The position numbers and the translations under genes were made by a program. A stretch of DNA of 62,998 bases, the filler included, from Licmophora abbreviata (Eukaryota), in assembly GCA_900291995.1 (NCBI GenBank). It is 24 parts of 24 records of this genome, joined end to end, with 100 filler letters (N's around TTAATTAATTAA, not from the genome) between each part and the next. Parts side by side here need not be neighbours in the genome. Positions count along the whole stretch, not along the records: positions 8,930 to 10,769 come from OLMU01002221.1; positions 10,870 to 14,944 come from OLMU01002222.1; positions 15,045 to 20,617 come from OLMU01002223.1; positions 20,718 to 22,179 come from OLMU01002224.1; 20 more parts are not named here. The stretch is one strand, 5' to 3'. Positions 10,213 to 21,315 of the stretch are shown piece after piece. Position 1 is the first letter of the stretch; every line of letters starts with the position of its first letter. The notes beneath the pieces are model-generated. The model was not told the origin of the DNA. It saw nothing but the letters and a program-made list of their open reading frames with translations, and made no database searches.

Positions 10213-11934
10213 ATGCCGATGATTGCCACTGTCCTGCCAAGGGCGGTTCTGCTGAGTTCACTGATCTTTCTGGGCCAGCTTCTGCTGGGCACGGGCGCGC
10301 AGGCGCAGGTCACCGCCTTCAAACAGGCGGTTGCCGAAGCAGCCGCCAAGGACCGCGATCTGGCGGCGTTCTACCAGGACAATGAGTTCACCGGCATCTG
10401 GATCGGCGACAGCGCGGCCGACAAGGCCCGACGCGTGGCGCTGTTTGATGCGATCCGCAGCTCCGAGGATCACGGGCTTCCGGCGGCGCGCTATGACGCC
10501 GAGGCGCTTATGGCACAGCTGAAATCCGCCCGCAGCGCCCGCGATCTGGGCAAGGCCGAGGTGGCGCTCAGTCAGGTGTTCCTGCGGCTGTCGCGCGACC
10601 TGCAAACCGGCGTTCTGGTGCCGGGGCAGGTAGATGACGACATCAAGCGGCAAGTGCCCTATCGCGAGCGGCTGTCCTATCTGACCAGTTTCGTGCAATC
10701 GAGCCCGTCGGCCTTCTTCCGTGCCCTGCCGCCGCAATCCAACGAATATGCCCGTTTGATGAAGGAAAANNNNNNNNNNNNNNNNNNNNNNNNNNNNNNN
10801 NNNNNNNNNNNNNTTAATTAATTAANNNNNNNNNNNNNNNNNNNNNNNNNNNNNNNNNNNNNNNNNNNNATGAAGGAAAAGCTGCGTCTCGAGCGGCTGG
10901 CCGACAGGGGCGGATGGGGGCCGGCCGTTCCCGCCGAGGCGGTGAAGCCCGGCCAATCCGGGGCGGCGGTCACGGCGCTGCGCGACCGGCTCGTGGCGAT
11001 GGGGTTTCTCGATCGCTCGGCGACACAGGTTTATGACGAGGAGATGCTGCATGCGGTGCAGCGCTTCCAGCTGGCGCATGGGCTGACCCCCGATGGCGTG
11101 GCCGGTGCGGGCACCTTGGCCGAGATCAACGTCCCCGTGCACGAGCGGCTTAAATCGCTGATTGTCGCGATGGAGCGCGAACGCTGGATCAACATGCCCA
11201 TGGGCGAGCGGCATATCCTCGTGAACCTGACCGATTTTCATGCCCGCATCATCGACGATGGCGCGGTGAGTTTCGAAACCCGGGTGGTCATCGGCAAGAA
11301 TACCGGCGACCGGCGCAGCCCCGAGTTTTCCGACGAGATGGACCATATGGTCATCAATCCGACATGGCATGTGCCGCGCTCGATCGCCGTCGGGGAATAC
11401 CTGCCCAAGATGAAGCGCAACCCCAACGCGGTCAGCCACCTCAGGCTGTACAACAGTCGCGGCCAGCAGGTCAGCCGTGGTGCGGTGAATTTCGCGGCCT
11501 ACAATGCCTCGAATTTCCCGTTCTCGATCAAGCAGCCGCCCTCGCAGAGCAATGCTCTGGGGCTGGTCAAGTTCATGTTCCCCAACAAGTACAACATCTA
11601 TCTGCATGACACGCCGGCCAAGGACCTGTTCGGACGCGAAGTGCGGGCCTATAGCCACGGCTGTGTGCGCGTGCAAAAGCCGTTCGAGCTGGCTTATGAG
11701 CTGTTGTCCAAGCAAGAGACCGACCCCAAGCGAGCCTTCCATTCGATTCTCGATACGGGCCGCGAGAAGCGGGTGAACCTCGAGCAGATCGTGCCGGTGC
11801 ATATCATTTACCGCACCGCGTTCACGCAGGCGAAAGGCCCGGTGCAGTATCGTCGCGACATCTATGGGCGTGACGGGCGGATCTGGGATGCGCTCGACAA
11901 GGCGGGGGTTTCTCTGCGCGCGGTTCAGGGGTAA
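10213..11934 (+). CDS. L,D-transpeptidase, YcbB/LdtD-like, with peptidoglycan-binding domain (split by gap)
   Basis: AVQRFQ..HGL..DG PG-binding motif, NPTWHVP, IYLHDTP, SHGCVRV; ATGAAGGAAAA duplicated on both gap flanks, so the gap is probably zero-length. Confidence 0.92.
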
Positions 11935-11961
11935 ACCACACTCCGTATCGAGGGGAGTGTC

Positions 11962-13053
11962 ATGGCCTATACCGTCCAGCAGATTGCCGACTCTCTCGGG
12001 GCCAGTGCCCTGGGAGCGACCGATTTGGAAATCGACGCCGTCGCAGAACCGTCAGATGCCGGGCCGCGCGATCTCGCGTTGGCGATGAAGCCCGAATATG
12101 CCGAGAAGATCGGACAGGGGCGCGCGCGCGCCGCGATGCTGTGGCAGGGGGCCGACTGGGCCGCGCTCGGGCTTGAGGCCGCGATCATCGCGCCGCGCCC
12201 GCGTTTCGCTCTGGCGGGGCTCTCGGCGTTGATGGACCCGGGGCAGGGCCGGGACAGCGGCATTCATCCCACAGCGGTGGTCGATCCTCGGGCCGAGCTG
12301 GCGGAGGGCGTCAGCGTCGGGCCTTTGTGCGTGATCGGGGCGCGCGCCCGGATCGGCGCAGGCACGGTGATCGGCCCGCAATGTTTCATCGGCGCGGACA
12401 GCGTGATCGGGCAGGGCGGTTTCTTGCGCGAAGGGGTGCGGATCGGGCCGCGCGTGCGCATCGGTGACCGTTTCTTCGCGCAGCCCAACGCGGTCATCGG
12501 CAGCGACGGGTTTTCCTTTGTCACGCCCGAGCAATCCGGGGTGGAACGCGCCCGCGCCACGCTTGGCGATCAGGGCGAGGTCAAGAGCCAGTCCTATGCC
12601 CGCATCCACAGTCTGGGCGGCGTCACCATCGGCGATGATGTCGAAATCGGCTCGCATACCTGCATCGACCGGGGCACCATACGCGACACCCAGATCGGCA
12701 ACGGGACCAAGATCGACAACCTCGTGCAGATCGGACACAACGTCATCATTGGCCGTGACACGCTACTTTGTGGTCAGGTCGGCATCGGCGGATCGGCGGT
12801 GATCGGCGATAATGTGGTGATGGCCGGTCAAACCGGCATCGGCGACAATCTGTTCGTCGGCAACAATGTCATCTGCGGCGGGGCGACCAAGGCCTTGTCC
12901 AATATCCCGGCCGGGCGCGTGATGCTGGGATATCCGGCGATGAAGATGGACAGCCAGATGGAGGTCTACAAGGGATTGCGCCGCCTCAAACGGCTTTTCC
13001 AGGATGTCGCGGATCTCAAGAAAACTGTTTCAAACCTGAGGCAGAGTGACTAA
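11962..13053 (+). CDS. lpxD: UDP-3-O-acyl-glucosamine N-acyltransferase
   Basis: Hexapeptide repeats, IGSDGF, IDRGT, KIDNLVQIGHN. Confidence 0.93.
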   Translation: MAYTVQQIADSLGASALGATDLEIDAVAEPSDAGPRDLALAMKPEYAEKIGQGRARAAMLWQGADWAALGLEAAIIAPRPRFALAGLSALMDPGQGRDSGIHPTAVVDPRAELAEGVSVGPLCVIGARARIGAGTVIGPQCFIGADSVIGQGGFLREGVRIGPRVRIGDRFFAQPNAVIGSDGFSFVTPEQSGVERARATLGDQGEVKSQSYARIHSLGGVTIGDDVEIGSHTCIDRGTIRDTQIGNGTKIDNLVQIGHNVIIGRDTLLCGQVGIGGSAVIGDNVVMAGQTGIGDNLFVGNNVICGGATKALSNIPAGRVMLGYPAMKMDSQMEVYKGLRRLKRLFQDVADLKKTVSNLRQSD

Positions 13054-13095
13054 ATCCACGATGATTCTGGGGATGACTTCAGGAAGGTGACCGCA

Positions 13096-13356
13096 ATGAG
13101 CAGCATCAAGGACCGCGTGATCGACATCATCGCGCAGCAAGCCGTACTCGATCCTTCGGATGTGTCACCCGAAAGCACGCTCGAGGATCTGGGCATCGAC
13201 AGCCTCGGGCTGGTCGAAAGCATTTTCGCGATCGAGGAAGAATTCGACATTTCGGTGCCGTTCAACGCAAACGCGCCCCAAGAGAGCGAGTTCGACATCT
13301 CCTCGGTGGCCAGCATCATCGACGGCATCGAGGCGCTTGTGAAAGAGCAGTCGTGA
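13096..13356 (+). CDS. Acyl carrier protein (secondary copy)
   Basis: LGIDSLGLVE phosphopantetheine Ser motif, EEEFDI. Confidence 0.9.
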   Translation: MSSIKDRVIDIIAQQAVLDPSDVSPESTLEDLGIDSLGLVESIFAIEEEFDISVPFNANAPQESEFDISSVASIIDGIEALVKEQS

Positions 13357-14564
13357 AACGTGTCGTCATAACGGGCGCGGGCACGATCAACGCGCTTGGC
13401 CACAATGTGCCCGACACGCTCGAGGCGATGCGCGAAGGGCGCTGCGGGATCGGCGATCTGCAGTTTCGCGATGTCGACCGGCTGGCCATCCGCATCGGCG
13501 GGCAGGTGCGCGGCTACGAGCCGGAAACCCGCTTCAATCGCCAGCAGATGTCGCTTTATGACCGGTTCACCCAATTCACGCTGATCGCTGCCCGCGAGGC
13601 GATTGCCCAGTCGGGGCTCGAGTTTTCCGGCGAGCTGGCCGCAAGGGCCGGGGTCGTGCTGGGCAATTCCGGCGGCGGGATGACCACGCTCGACGAGAAT
13701 TACCGCTCGGTCTATGAGGACGGCAAGAACCGGGTGCATCCTTTCGTCGTGCCCAAGCTGATGAACAATGCCGCCGCCAGCCATGTGTCGATGGAGTTCA
13801 ATCTCAAGGGGGCGAGCTTTACCGTCTCGACCGCCTGCGCCTCGTCCAATCACGCGATGGCACAGGCCTTTCAGATGGTGCATGGCGGCATGACCCCGGT
13901 GATGGTCACGGGCGGGTCGGAATCCATGCTGTGCTTCGGTGGCGTCAAGGCTTGGGAAGGTCTGCGCGTGATGTCGAAGGATGGGTGTCGTCCGTTCTCG
14001 GCCAATCGCAACGGCATGGTGCAGGGCGAAGGCGCGGGGATCTTCGTCTTCGAGGAATACGAGCACGCCCGCGCCCGCGGCGCCGAGATCCTGGCCGAAG
14101 TGGCGGGCTATGCGATGTCGTCGGATGCCGCCGATATCGTGATGCCCTCCAAGCAGGGGGCGGCCCGCGCGATCAAGGGCGCGCTGGCCGATGCGCGGCT
14201 CAACCCGTCGGATGTGGGCTATATCAATGCGCATGGCACCGGCACGGCGGCCAATGACAAGACGGAAAGCGCGGCTGTGGCCGATGTGTTCGGCGCCCAT
14301 GCCGACCGGCTGATGATTTCCTCGACCAAGTCGATGCATGGCCACCTGATCGGCGGCACCGGCGCGGTCGAGCTGTTGGCCTGCATTCTGGCGGTTCGCG
14401 ATGGGGTGATCGCGCCCACCATCGGCTATGAGGAACCCGATCCCGAATGCGCGCTCGATGTCGTGCCCAACGAGGCGCGCGAGGCGGATGTCAGCGTGGC
14501 TCTTTCGAATGCCTTTGCCTTCGGCGGGCTGAACGCGGTTCTGGCCCTCAAGCGGTTCACCTGA
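13353..14564 (+). CDS. Beta-ketoacyl-ACP synthase, FabF-like
   Basis: TACASS (Cys), NAHGTGT and KSMHGH (His), FAFGG. Confidence 0.9.
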   Translation: MKRVVITGAGTINALGHNVPDTLEAMREGRCGIGDLQFRDVDRLAIRIGGQVRGYEPETRFNRQQMSLYDRFTQFTLIAAREAIAQSGLEFSGELAARAGVVLGNSGGGMTTLDENYRSVYEDGKNRVHPFVVPKLMNNAAASHVSMEFNLKGASFTVSTACASSNHAMAQAFQMVHGGMTPVMVTGGSESMLCFGGVKAWEGLRVMSKDGCRPFSANRNGMVQGEGAGIFVFEEYEHARARGAEILAEVAGYAMSSDAADIVMPSKQGAARAIKGALADARLNPSDVGYINAHGTGTAANDKTESAAVADVFGAHADRLMISSTKSMHGHLIGGTGAVELLACILAVRDGVIAPTIGYEEPDPECALDVVPNEAREADVSVALSNAFAFGGLNAVLALKRFT

Positions 14565-14596
14565 GCTTTCGCCTGCAACACATTGTCATGCAATGA

Positions 14597-14627
14597 AAAA
14601 GGCGCAGCGCTTGAAGCGCCGCGCCTT
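14597..14627. terminator. Intrinsic terminator between convergent fabF-like and ialB-like genes
   Basis: AAAAGGCGCAGCGC-ttgaa-GCGCCGCGCCTT. Confidence 0.65.
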
Positions 14628-14650
14628 GCAGTTTCGGACCATCCGGCGCG

Positions 14651-15210
14651 TCAGTTGTCGACGATGGTCACATTGTCATAGGCGGCGGTGAAGCCTGAAA
14701 GCGAGGCCTTGATGTCCACCACCTGATCGGGCGCCTGAGCCGGGACGATCTGCAGATTGGCCATGGCGCCCGCCTTGAATGCATCGATATCCGCCTGCGT
14801 GAAGCCGATCCGGGCATAACAGCCCACCATCGTGCAGAAGGAAAACGCATAGGTCTTCGCGCGGCCGCCATCGACCGACAGCTTCAGCTCTTCCGACAAA
14901 AGCGTGCCGAGCGGCACGATGATCGTGGCACCCGCCACGGCCTGNNNNNNNNNNNNNNNNNNNNNNNNNNNNNNNNNNNNNNNNNNNNTTAATTAATTAA
15001 NNNNNNNNNNNNNNNNNNNNNNNNNNNNNNNNNNNNNNNNNNNNCTGGTTCTGCCGCGGGTTGGTCCTGTGCGGTCTCGGGCGCGGTCTCAGGCTGCGTG
15101 GTCTGGGCCGGGTCCGTGGCGCTGTCGCCCGTCGCGGTGTCCTGTGCGGCAAGCGAGGTGCTCATGCCCAGAAGGGCGACCAAGGGAAGAAGGTGAAGAA
15201 GTCTGGGCAT
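14651..15210 (-). CDS. Invasion-associated locus B (IalB) family exported protein (split by gap)
   Basis: Signal peptide MPRLLHLL..., acidic linker, PLGTLL, FSFC...GCYA, SLSGFTAAY. Confidence 0.8.
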
Positions 15211-15347
15211 TGCGTCCCCGTTCATCTGACTAAGTTACATTTCATGCGCTCTAACATGGCGCTGCCGAGGTGTCAGGATCAAATTCCAGTCCGCGCCCCG
15301 CATCACGGCGACAAACTGCCGCTCGATCGGCGGTGCCGCATGTCGCG

Positions 15348-15416
15348 AAAAACAGAAAAGAGACCTTGCGGCCTCTTTCCTTTAGTCTCCCTGTCGGACT
15401 GGCCGACTTAGTGATT
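15348..15416 (-). ncRNA. Candidate ~70-nt sRNA B, complementary to sRNA A
   Basis: Minus-strand promoter TTGACG(15451-15446)-17 nt-TAGCGT(15428-15423); terminator GGAAAGAGGCC-gcaa-GGTCTCTTTTCTGTTTTT; no ORF. Confidence 0.55.
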
Positions 15417-15475
15417 GAGCGAACGCTAGGACAGTTACGGCAATCCGTCAACAGTCGAAAGAGCGCCATAAGTGC

Positions 15476-15555
15476 AAAAAAGGCCGCGTCCGTAGACGCG
15501 GCCAGTCTGACAGGGAGGAAGTCACCCCGAACCAGGAGGACATGAGATTCGGGGC
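15476..15555 (-). ncRNA. Candidate ~80-nt sRNA A with anti-Shine-Dalgarno loops
   Basis: Hairpin GCCCCGAAUC/GGUUCGGGGU with UCCUCCU loop, then UUCCUCCCU, terminator GGCCGCGUC-uacg-GACGCGGCC-UUUUUU; promoter-like CTTGCT-17-TATGAA upstream. Confidence 0.7.
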
Positions 15556-15628
15556 AAGATTCATACTGGCGGTCAAACGTTAAGCAAGTATGTTCGAAGC
15601 GTGAAAAAAACGGACGGGGGCGAGTGAC

Positions 15629-17188
15629 ATGGACAAACACATCTTCATCGGGGGCGGTGGCGCCGATTACGGCACCGCTCAGGGCCTGTCGCTGAAATAC
15701 GCCAACCGGCATGGGCTGATCGCGGGGGCCACCGGCACCGGCAAGACGGTCACGCTGCAAATCCTTGCCGAAGGGTTCTCGTCGGCGGGCGTGCCGGTGT
15801 TCCTGTCGGATGTGAAGGGTGATCTGTCGGGGCTGGCCGCCTCGGGCAGTGCCGAGTTCAAGCTGCACGAGGCCTTCACCAAACGCGCCACACAAATCGG
15901 CTTTGCCGATTATCGCTACGAGTCCTTCCCGGTCACCTTCTGGGATCTCTTCGGCGAGCAGGGCCATCCCGTCCGCACCACCGTGGCCGAGATGGGGCCG
16001 CTTCTGCTCAGCCGCCTGATGGGCCTCAGCGAGGCGCAGGAAGGCATCATGAACATCGCCTTCCGGGTCTCGGACGAAGAGGGAATGCCGCTCCTCGATC
16101 TCAAGGATCTGCAGGCGCTTCTGGTCTGGGTCGGGGAAAACCGCGATGCGCTGTCGCTGCGGTATGGCAATGTCTCGCCGCAATCGGTGGGCGCGATCCA
16201 GCGCCAGCTTCTGGTGCTGGAAAATCAGGGGGCCACGGAGTTTTTTGGCGAACCCGCTCTGGACCTCGCCGATCTGATGCAGACCGCGCCGGATGGGCGC
16301 GGGCGGATCAACATTCTTGCCGCCGACAAGCTGATGGGCTCTCCCCGGCTGTATGCCACCTTCCTTCTGTGGCTTTTGTCGGAACTCTTCGAGAGCCTGC
16401 CCGAAGTGGGCGATCCCGACAAACCCAAGCTGGTGTTCTTCTTCGACGAGGCGCATCTTCTGTTCGACGACGCGCCCGATGCGCTGGTGAAGAAGGTCGA
16501 ACAGGTCGCGCGCCTGATCCGCTCCAAGGGGGTCGGGGTCTATTTCATCACCCAGAACCCCGATGACGTGCCCGAAGATATCCTTGGCCAGCTTGGCAAC
16601 CGTGTGCAGCACGCGCTGCGCGCCTTTACCGCCCGCGACCAGAAGGCGTTGATGCGTGCGGCCGAAACCTATCGCCCGAACCCGCGTTTCGACACCGCCG
16701 ATGCGATCCGTGATGTCGGCACCGGCGAGGCGGTGACCTCGATGCTTGAGGCCAAGGGCGCGCCGGGCGTGGTGGAGCGCACCCTGATCCGCCCGCCCTC
16801 GTCGAAACTGGGTCCGGTGGATGCCATCACGCGCGCCGGTGTGATCGCCACCTCTCCGCTCGCCGGGAAATACGAGACGGTGATTGATCGCAGATCGGCC
16901 CATGAGATCCTCGCCGAACGCGCCGCAGAGGCGGCAAAAGCCGCAGCCGAGGCCGAGATGGCTGAAAACGCCCCGCTTGCGCCCGAGGCAGAAGAGCCGC
17001 GCGAATTCACCGCCGCGCGGCGCTATTCGGGCACACGCGTCAGCGGGTCCGGCGCCCACGACAAGGACGATTCGGGGCTTGGCGCCTTCGGCGAGGCCCT
17101 GACCGGCGCGGTACTCAAAGAGCTCAAGGGCACCACGGGCCGCCGGATCGTGCGCGGGATACTGGGCGGGCTTTTCAAGGGCCGCTAA
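15629..17188 (+). CDS. DUF853/YjgR HerA-FtsK-like ATPase
   Basis: [15 protein letters not shown]alker [19 protein letters not shown]alker [10 protein letters not shown]. Confidence 0.9.
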   Translation: MDKHIFIGGGGADYGTAQGLSLKYANRHGLIAGATGTGKTVTLQILAEGFSSAGVPVFLSDVKGDLSGLAASGSAEFKLHEAFTKRATQIGFADYRYESFPVTFWDLFGEQGHPVRTTVAEMGPLLLSRLMGLSEAQEGIMNIAFRVSDEEGMPLLDLKDLQALLVWVGENRDALSLRYGNVSPQSVGAIQRQLLVLENQGATEFFGEPALDLADLMQTAPDGRGRINILAADKLMGSPRLYATFLLWLLSELFESLPEVGDPDKPKLVFFFDEAHLLFDDAPDALVKKVEQVARLIRSKGVGVYFITQNPDDVPEDILGQLGNRVQHALRAFTARDQKALMRAAETYRPNPRFDTADAIRDVGTGEAVTSMLEAKGAPGVVERTLIRPPSSKLGPVDAITRAGVIATSPLAGKYETVIDRRSAHEILAERAAEAAKAAAEAEMAENAPLAPEAEEPREFTAARRYSGTRVSGSGAHDKDDSGLGAFGEALTGAVLKELKGTTGRRIVRGILGGLFKGR

Positions 17189-18147
17189 AGCCCGCTCATA
17201 TCCTCGATGAGCGCCTCGTACATCTCGCCTGCGCGCCGAATGCGCGATTTCGACAGCGCGCGCGTCTCGACCCTGAGCAGCGCGTCAACCCCCAGCATGA
17301 AGGGCAGGATGCACCGGCGTTCCGCTTCGGTCATCGCGAAAGCGTCGGTGAACGCATCCAGAAGGGCGCCATCCACCCCCAGCACCCGGCGCCCCGACGG
17401 GATCACGCCGCGCCGCCCCATATGCATGGCAAAGCGCGCGATATCCTTGTAGATCGGCATCCGCCCCGATCCGCCGGTATCGATGCCGGTCATCCGTTCA
17501 CCCGCGACGATCAGGTTGTTGGGATGAAAATCGCCATGGCTGATAGCGACACGCCACTCCAGCCCCTCGATCTGCTCGGCCAGACGGGTCATCTGCCCGA
17601 TCAGCTGCGTCTCGAGCCTGCGCAACCGTGCAAATGGCTGCGTCGCCGACGCGCGCTCGGCGCGCTTGAGCCACCCCACTGGCTTGGCCGGCACCCAGCT
17701 TTCGGTGCTTTCGGTATAGCGCCTCAACCAGTCCGCCGCCGGTGTCACCAGATCCGCGCGCACCGCCTCGGGCGCGGCGCGGACCAGCTCCAGCAAGGGC
17801 GTGCCCTCGACCTCCGCGATCGCCAGCAGCCGATGCCCGGCATTGTGACACAGCGGCTCGACCACGCGAAACCGCTTGCCCTGCATCTGAGGCCAGATGC
17901 GCTGCAATTCCTCCCATTCGCGGGACGAGACATCGTCCAGCGGGTCCATGAACATCCGCCAGACACAGGCCTGCCCGCCGATCCTTCCCCGGATCACCGC
18001 ACGCTTGCCCGGCACAAGACGGATGAGATCGCCCAGTTCAGCATCCGCAAGGCGCGGATCGGCCGAGCGGGCCGCTTCGAAGCGGCCGACAATCTCTTCC
18101 AGCGCATCCAGTTCCGGCATGGGATCACTTTGACGGGATTTGGTCAT
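17185..18147 (-). CDS. APH/choline-kinase-like phosphotransferase
   Basis: HGDFHPNN catalytic loop and GID motif; start uncertain. Confidence 0.7.
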   Translation of the reverse strand: MTKSRQSDPMPELDALEEIVGRFEAARSADPRLADAELGDLIRLVPGKRAVIRGRIGGQACVWRMFMDPLDDVSSREWEELQRIWPQMQGKRFRVVEPLCHNAGHRLLAIAEVEGTPLLELVRAAPEAVRADLVTPAADWLRRYTESTESWVPAKPVGWLKRAERASATQPFARLRRLETQLIGQMTRLAEQIEGLEWRVAISHGDFHPNNLIVAGERMTGIDTGGSGRMPIYKDIARFAMHMGRRGVIPSGRRVLGVDGALLDAFTDAFAMTEAERRCILPFMLGVDALLRVETRALSKSRIRRAGEMYEALIEDMSGL

Positions 18148-18251
18148 GGGCTGACCATTTCCCAGCCATTTGCCTGCGTCAACCGAATTGAACCCGCCCG
18201 CCACCACCGGTAAGGTAAGCGCACAAAGGACAAGCACACAGGACATATCCC

Positions 18252-18494
18252 ATGACCGACACCCCCGTTTCCGAGATGTCTTTCGAAGACGCCATGAAAG
18301 AGCTCGAAGAGGTCGTGGGCAAGCTGGAACGCGGCGATGTCGCGCTTGACGCGTCGATCAAACTCTACGAGCGCGGCGCGCAGCTCAAGAAACGCTGCGA
18401 GACCAAGCTCAAGGAAGCCGAGGAAAAGGTCGCCGCGATCACGCTCGATGGCGATGGCACCCCCACCGGAACACAGCCTGTCGAAGGCCTGTGA
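18252..18494 (+). CDS. xseB: Exodeoxyribonuclease VII small subunit
   Basis: SFEDAMKELEEVV.KLE.G...L..S..LYERG; synteny xseB-ispA-dxs. Confidence 0.95.
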   Translation: MTDTPVSEMSFEDAMKELEEVVGKLERGDVALDASIKLYERGAQLKKRCETKLKEAEEKVAAITLDGDGTPTGTQPVEGL

Positions 18495-18498
18495 CCCG

Positions 18499-19395
18499 AT
18501 GGAGCACGGCGACAGGGCCGGTGCGCCGGTGAGCTTCGGTGAAAGCGGGCAGGTGGCGCGCGTTCAGGGTCATCTTGACCGGGTGCTGGAGCCCTTCGGC
18601 GATGGCGATGTGGCGCAGGCCATGCGCTATGCATGTTCGGGCGGCAAACGCATCCGCGCGCGGCTGGTTCTCGATGGCGCACGCCTGCATGGCGTTCCCG
18701 AGGCGCGCGCGCTTTGGCCCGCCTGCGCGATCGAGGCGATGCATGCCTATTCGCTGGTGCATGACGATCTGCCCTGCATGGACGATGACGATCTGCGCCG
18801 GGGCCAGCCCACCGTGCATATCCGCTGGAACGAGGCGACAGCCGTGCTGACCGGCGACGCGCTGCAGGCGCTCGCCTTCGAGCTGACCACACATCCTGAC
18901 GGCGCCGCCACGGCCGAGGCCCGCGCCGATCTGGCGCTCAGTCTTGCGCGTGCGGCGGGTGGGCAGGGGATGGTGCTGGGCCAGGCACTCGACATCGCCG
19001 CCGAAACCGCCGACCGCGCGCTGACCCTGGATGAGATCACCCATCTGCAAGCGGGCAAGACCGGCGCTCTGATCGAATGGGCCGCCTGTGCCGGGCCGCG
19101 CATGGCCGAGGCCGACACAGCGCCGCTTGCCGCCTATGCCGCAGCCCTCGGTCTGGCCTTCCAGATCCAGGACGATGTGATCGACGTGATCGGGGATGCC
19201 GCCGCCGCCGGCAAGGCCGTGGGCAAGGACGCCGCCGCTGGCAAGGCCACTTTCGTGTCGCTGCTGGGGCTGGACGCGGCGCGCGCCCGCGCCGCATCGC
19301 TGGTTGACCGTGCCTGTGATGCGCTATCTGGTTACGGCGATGACGCCGAAAGCTTGCGGGCGCTCGCTCGCTTCGTTATCTCGCGTCACAGCTGA
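18499..19395 (+). CDS. ispA: Farnesyl diphosphate synthase
   Basis: [36 protein letters not shown]. Confidence 0.93.
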   Translation: MEHGDRAGAPVSFGESGQVARVQGHLDRVLEPFGDGDVAQAMRYACSGGKRIRARLVLDGARLHGVPEARALWPACAIEAMHAYSLVHDDLPCMDDDDLRRGQPTVHIRWNEATAVLTGDALQALAFELTTHPDGAATAEARADLALSLARAAGGQGMVLGQALDIAAETADRALTLDEITHLQAGKTGALIEWAACAGPRMAEADTAPLAAYAAALGLAFQIQDDVIDVIGDAAAAGKAVGKDAAAGKATFVSLLGLDAARARAASLVDRACDALSGYGDDAESLRALARFVISRHS

Positions 19396-19424
19396 GTTTT
19401 GCCCCAAGGAGGGCGCACGCCACC

Positions 19425-21180
19425 ATGTCCAACCGTCCCGATACCCCGCTTCTGGATCTTGTCCAAAGCCCCGCCGATATCAAGCGGTTCTCTGATCCGC
19501 AGCTTGTCGAGCTGGCCCATGACCTGCGCGCCGAGACGATTTCCTGCGTCTCCGAGACGGGCGGACATCTGGGCGCGGGGCTTGGCGTGGTGGAGTTGAC
19601 GGTGGCGCTGCATGCGGTGTTCGATGCGCCGCGCGACAAGATCATCTGGGATGTCAGCCACCAATCCTATCCGCACAAGATCCTCACCGGGCGCCGCGAC
19701 CGTATCCGCACCCTGCGTCAGAAGGGCGGGCTGTCGGGCTTCACCAAACGCTCCGAGTCGCCCTATGATCCATTCGGCGCGGCCCATAGCTCCACCTCGA
19801 TCAGCGCGGCACTCGGGTTTGCCGTGGCGCGCGATCTGGGCGGCGCCTCCGAGACGGGCCATGGTGACGCGATCGCGGTGATCGGCGACGGGGCGATGTC
19901 GGCGGGCATGGCCTTCGAGGCGATGAACCACGCAGGCCATCTCAAGAAACGCCTGATCGTCATTCTCAACGACAACGAGATGTCCATCGCGCCGCCCGTG
20001 GGGGCGCTGTCGTCCTATCTCTCGCGGCTCTATGCGGGCGAGCCGTTCCAGGAATTCAAGGCCGCCGCCAAAGGTGCCGTGTCGCTCCTGCCGCCGCCCT
20101 TTCAGGAAGGCGCGCGCCGCGCCAAGGACATGCTCAAGGGCCTGACCGTCGGCGGTACGCTCTTCGAAGAGCTTGGCTTCAGCTATATCGGCCCGATCGA
20201 CGGGCATGACATGGACCAGCTGCTGCCGGTGCTGCGCACCGTGCGCGCGCGGGCCACCGGCCCCACGCTCATCCATGTCATCACCCGCAAGGGCAAGGGC
20301 TACGGTCCCGCCGAGGCGCGCCGCGATGGCGGCCATGCGACAGCGAAATTCGACCTCGTGACCGGTGAGCAGAAAAAAGCGCCCTCCAACGCGCCCAGCT
20401 ACACCCGCGTCTTCGCCGATGCGCTGCTCGAGCATGCGGCGCAAGACGACAGGATCTGCGCCATCACCGCCGCCATGCCCGAAGGCACAGGGCTCGACCT
20501 TTTCGAGCAGCGCTACCCCTCGCGCTGCTTCGATGTGGGCATCGCCGAACAGCACGCCGTGACCTTCGCCGCAGGGCTTGCCGCAGGCGGGATGAAACCC
20601 TTCTGCGCGCTCTATTCNNNNNNNNNNNNNNNNNNNNNNNNNNNNNNNNNNNNNNNNNNNNTTAATTAATTAANNNNNNNNNNNNNNNNNNNNNNNNNNN
20701 NNNNNNNNNNNNNNNNNCGAGATGCCCGAACGCGGCGCGCCGCTCGAGATCGGCAAGGGCCGCATGATCCAGCAGGGCAGCCGCGTGGCGCTCCTGTCCT
20801 TCGGCACCCGGCTGGGCGAGGTGATGAAAGCCTCCGAGGCCCTGCGCGCGCGCGGCATCACCCCGAGTGTGGCCGATGCTCGCTTCGCCAAACCTCTGGA
20901 CCGCGATCTGATCCTCGATCTCGCCGCCCGCCACGAGGCGCTCATCACCATCGAAGAAGGTGCCGTCGGCGGCTTCGGCAGCCATGTGGCGCAGCTTCTG
21001 GCCGATCACGCCGTGTTCGATGACGGGCTGAAATTCCGCTCCATGGTGCTGCCCGATACCTTCATCGATCAGGCCAGCCCCGAAGACATGTACGCCACCG
21101 CCGGTCTCGACGCCGACCATATCGAGGCCAGGGTCCTCGACGTGCTCGGCATCGCCCGGATCGGCCATCAGCGCGCCTGA
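19425..21180 (+). CDS. dxs: 1-deoxy-D-xylulose-5-phosphate synthase (middle lost in gap)
   Basis: [21 protein letters not shown]...[22 protein letters not shown]. Confidence 0.96.
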
Positions 21181-21217
21181 TCCTCGCCGCGCGCCGGCCC
21201 CTCACGGGGTTCGCGCG

Positions 21218-21264
21218 TTTCTTCTGGCCGCAAATATCCCGGGGGTCCGGGGCAGGGCCCCCGG
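21218..21264. repeat. Short palindromic intergenic element (REP-like)
   Basis: TTTCTTCTGGCCGCAAATATCCCGGGGGTCCGGGGCAGGGCCCCCGG with stem CCGGGGG/CCCCCGG between convergent genes; single copy in this window. Confidence 0.45.
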
Positions 21265-21315
21265 TGCTTTGACCCAGTTGCTTTGCCCCCGGCGTTTTTC
21301 CCTGTCGCTCCCGCT

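Noticed and set aside
15629..18147. HerA-like ATPase plus kinase as an anti-phage system
   Set aside because: The ATPase is the widespread DUF853/YjgR type, the genes are convergent, and no nuclease or Sir2 partner is present.
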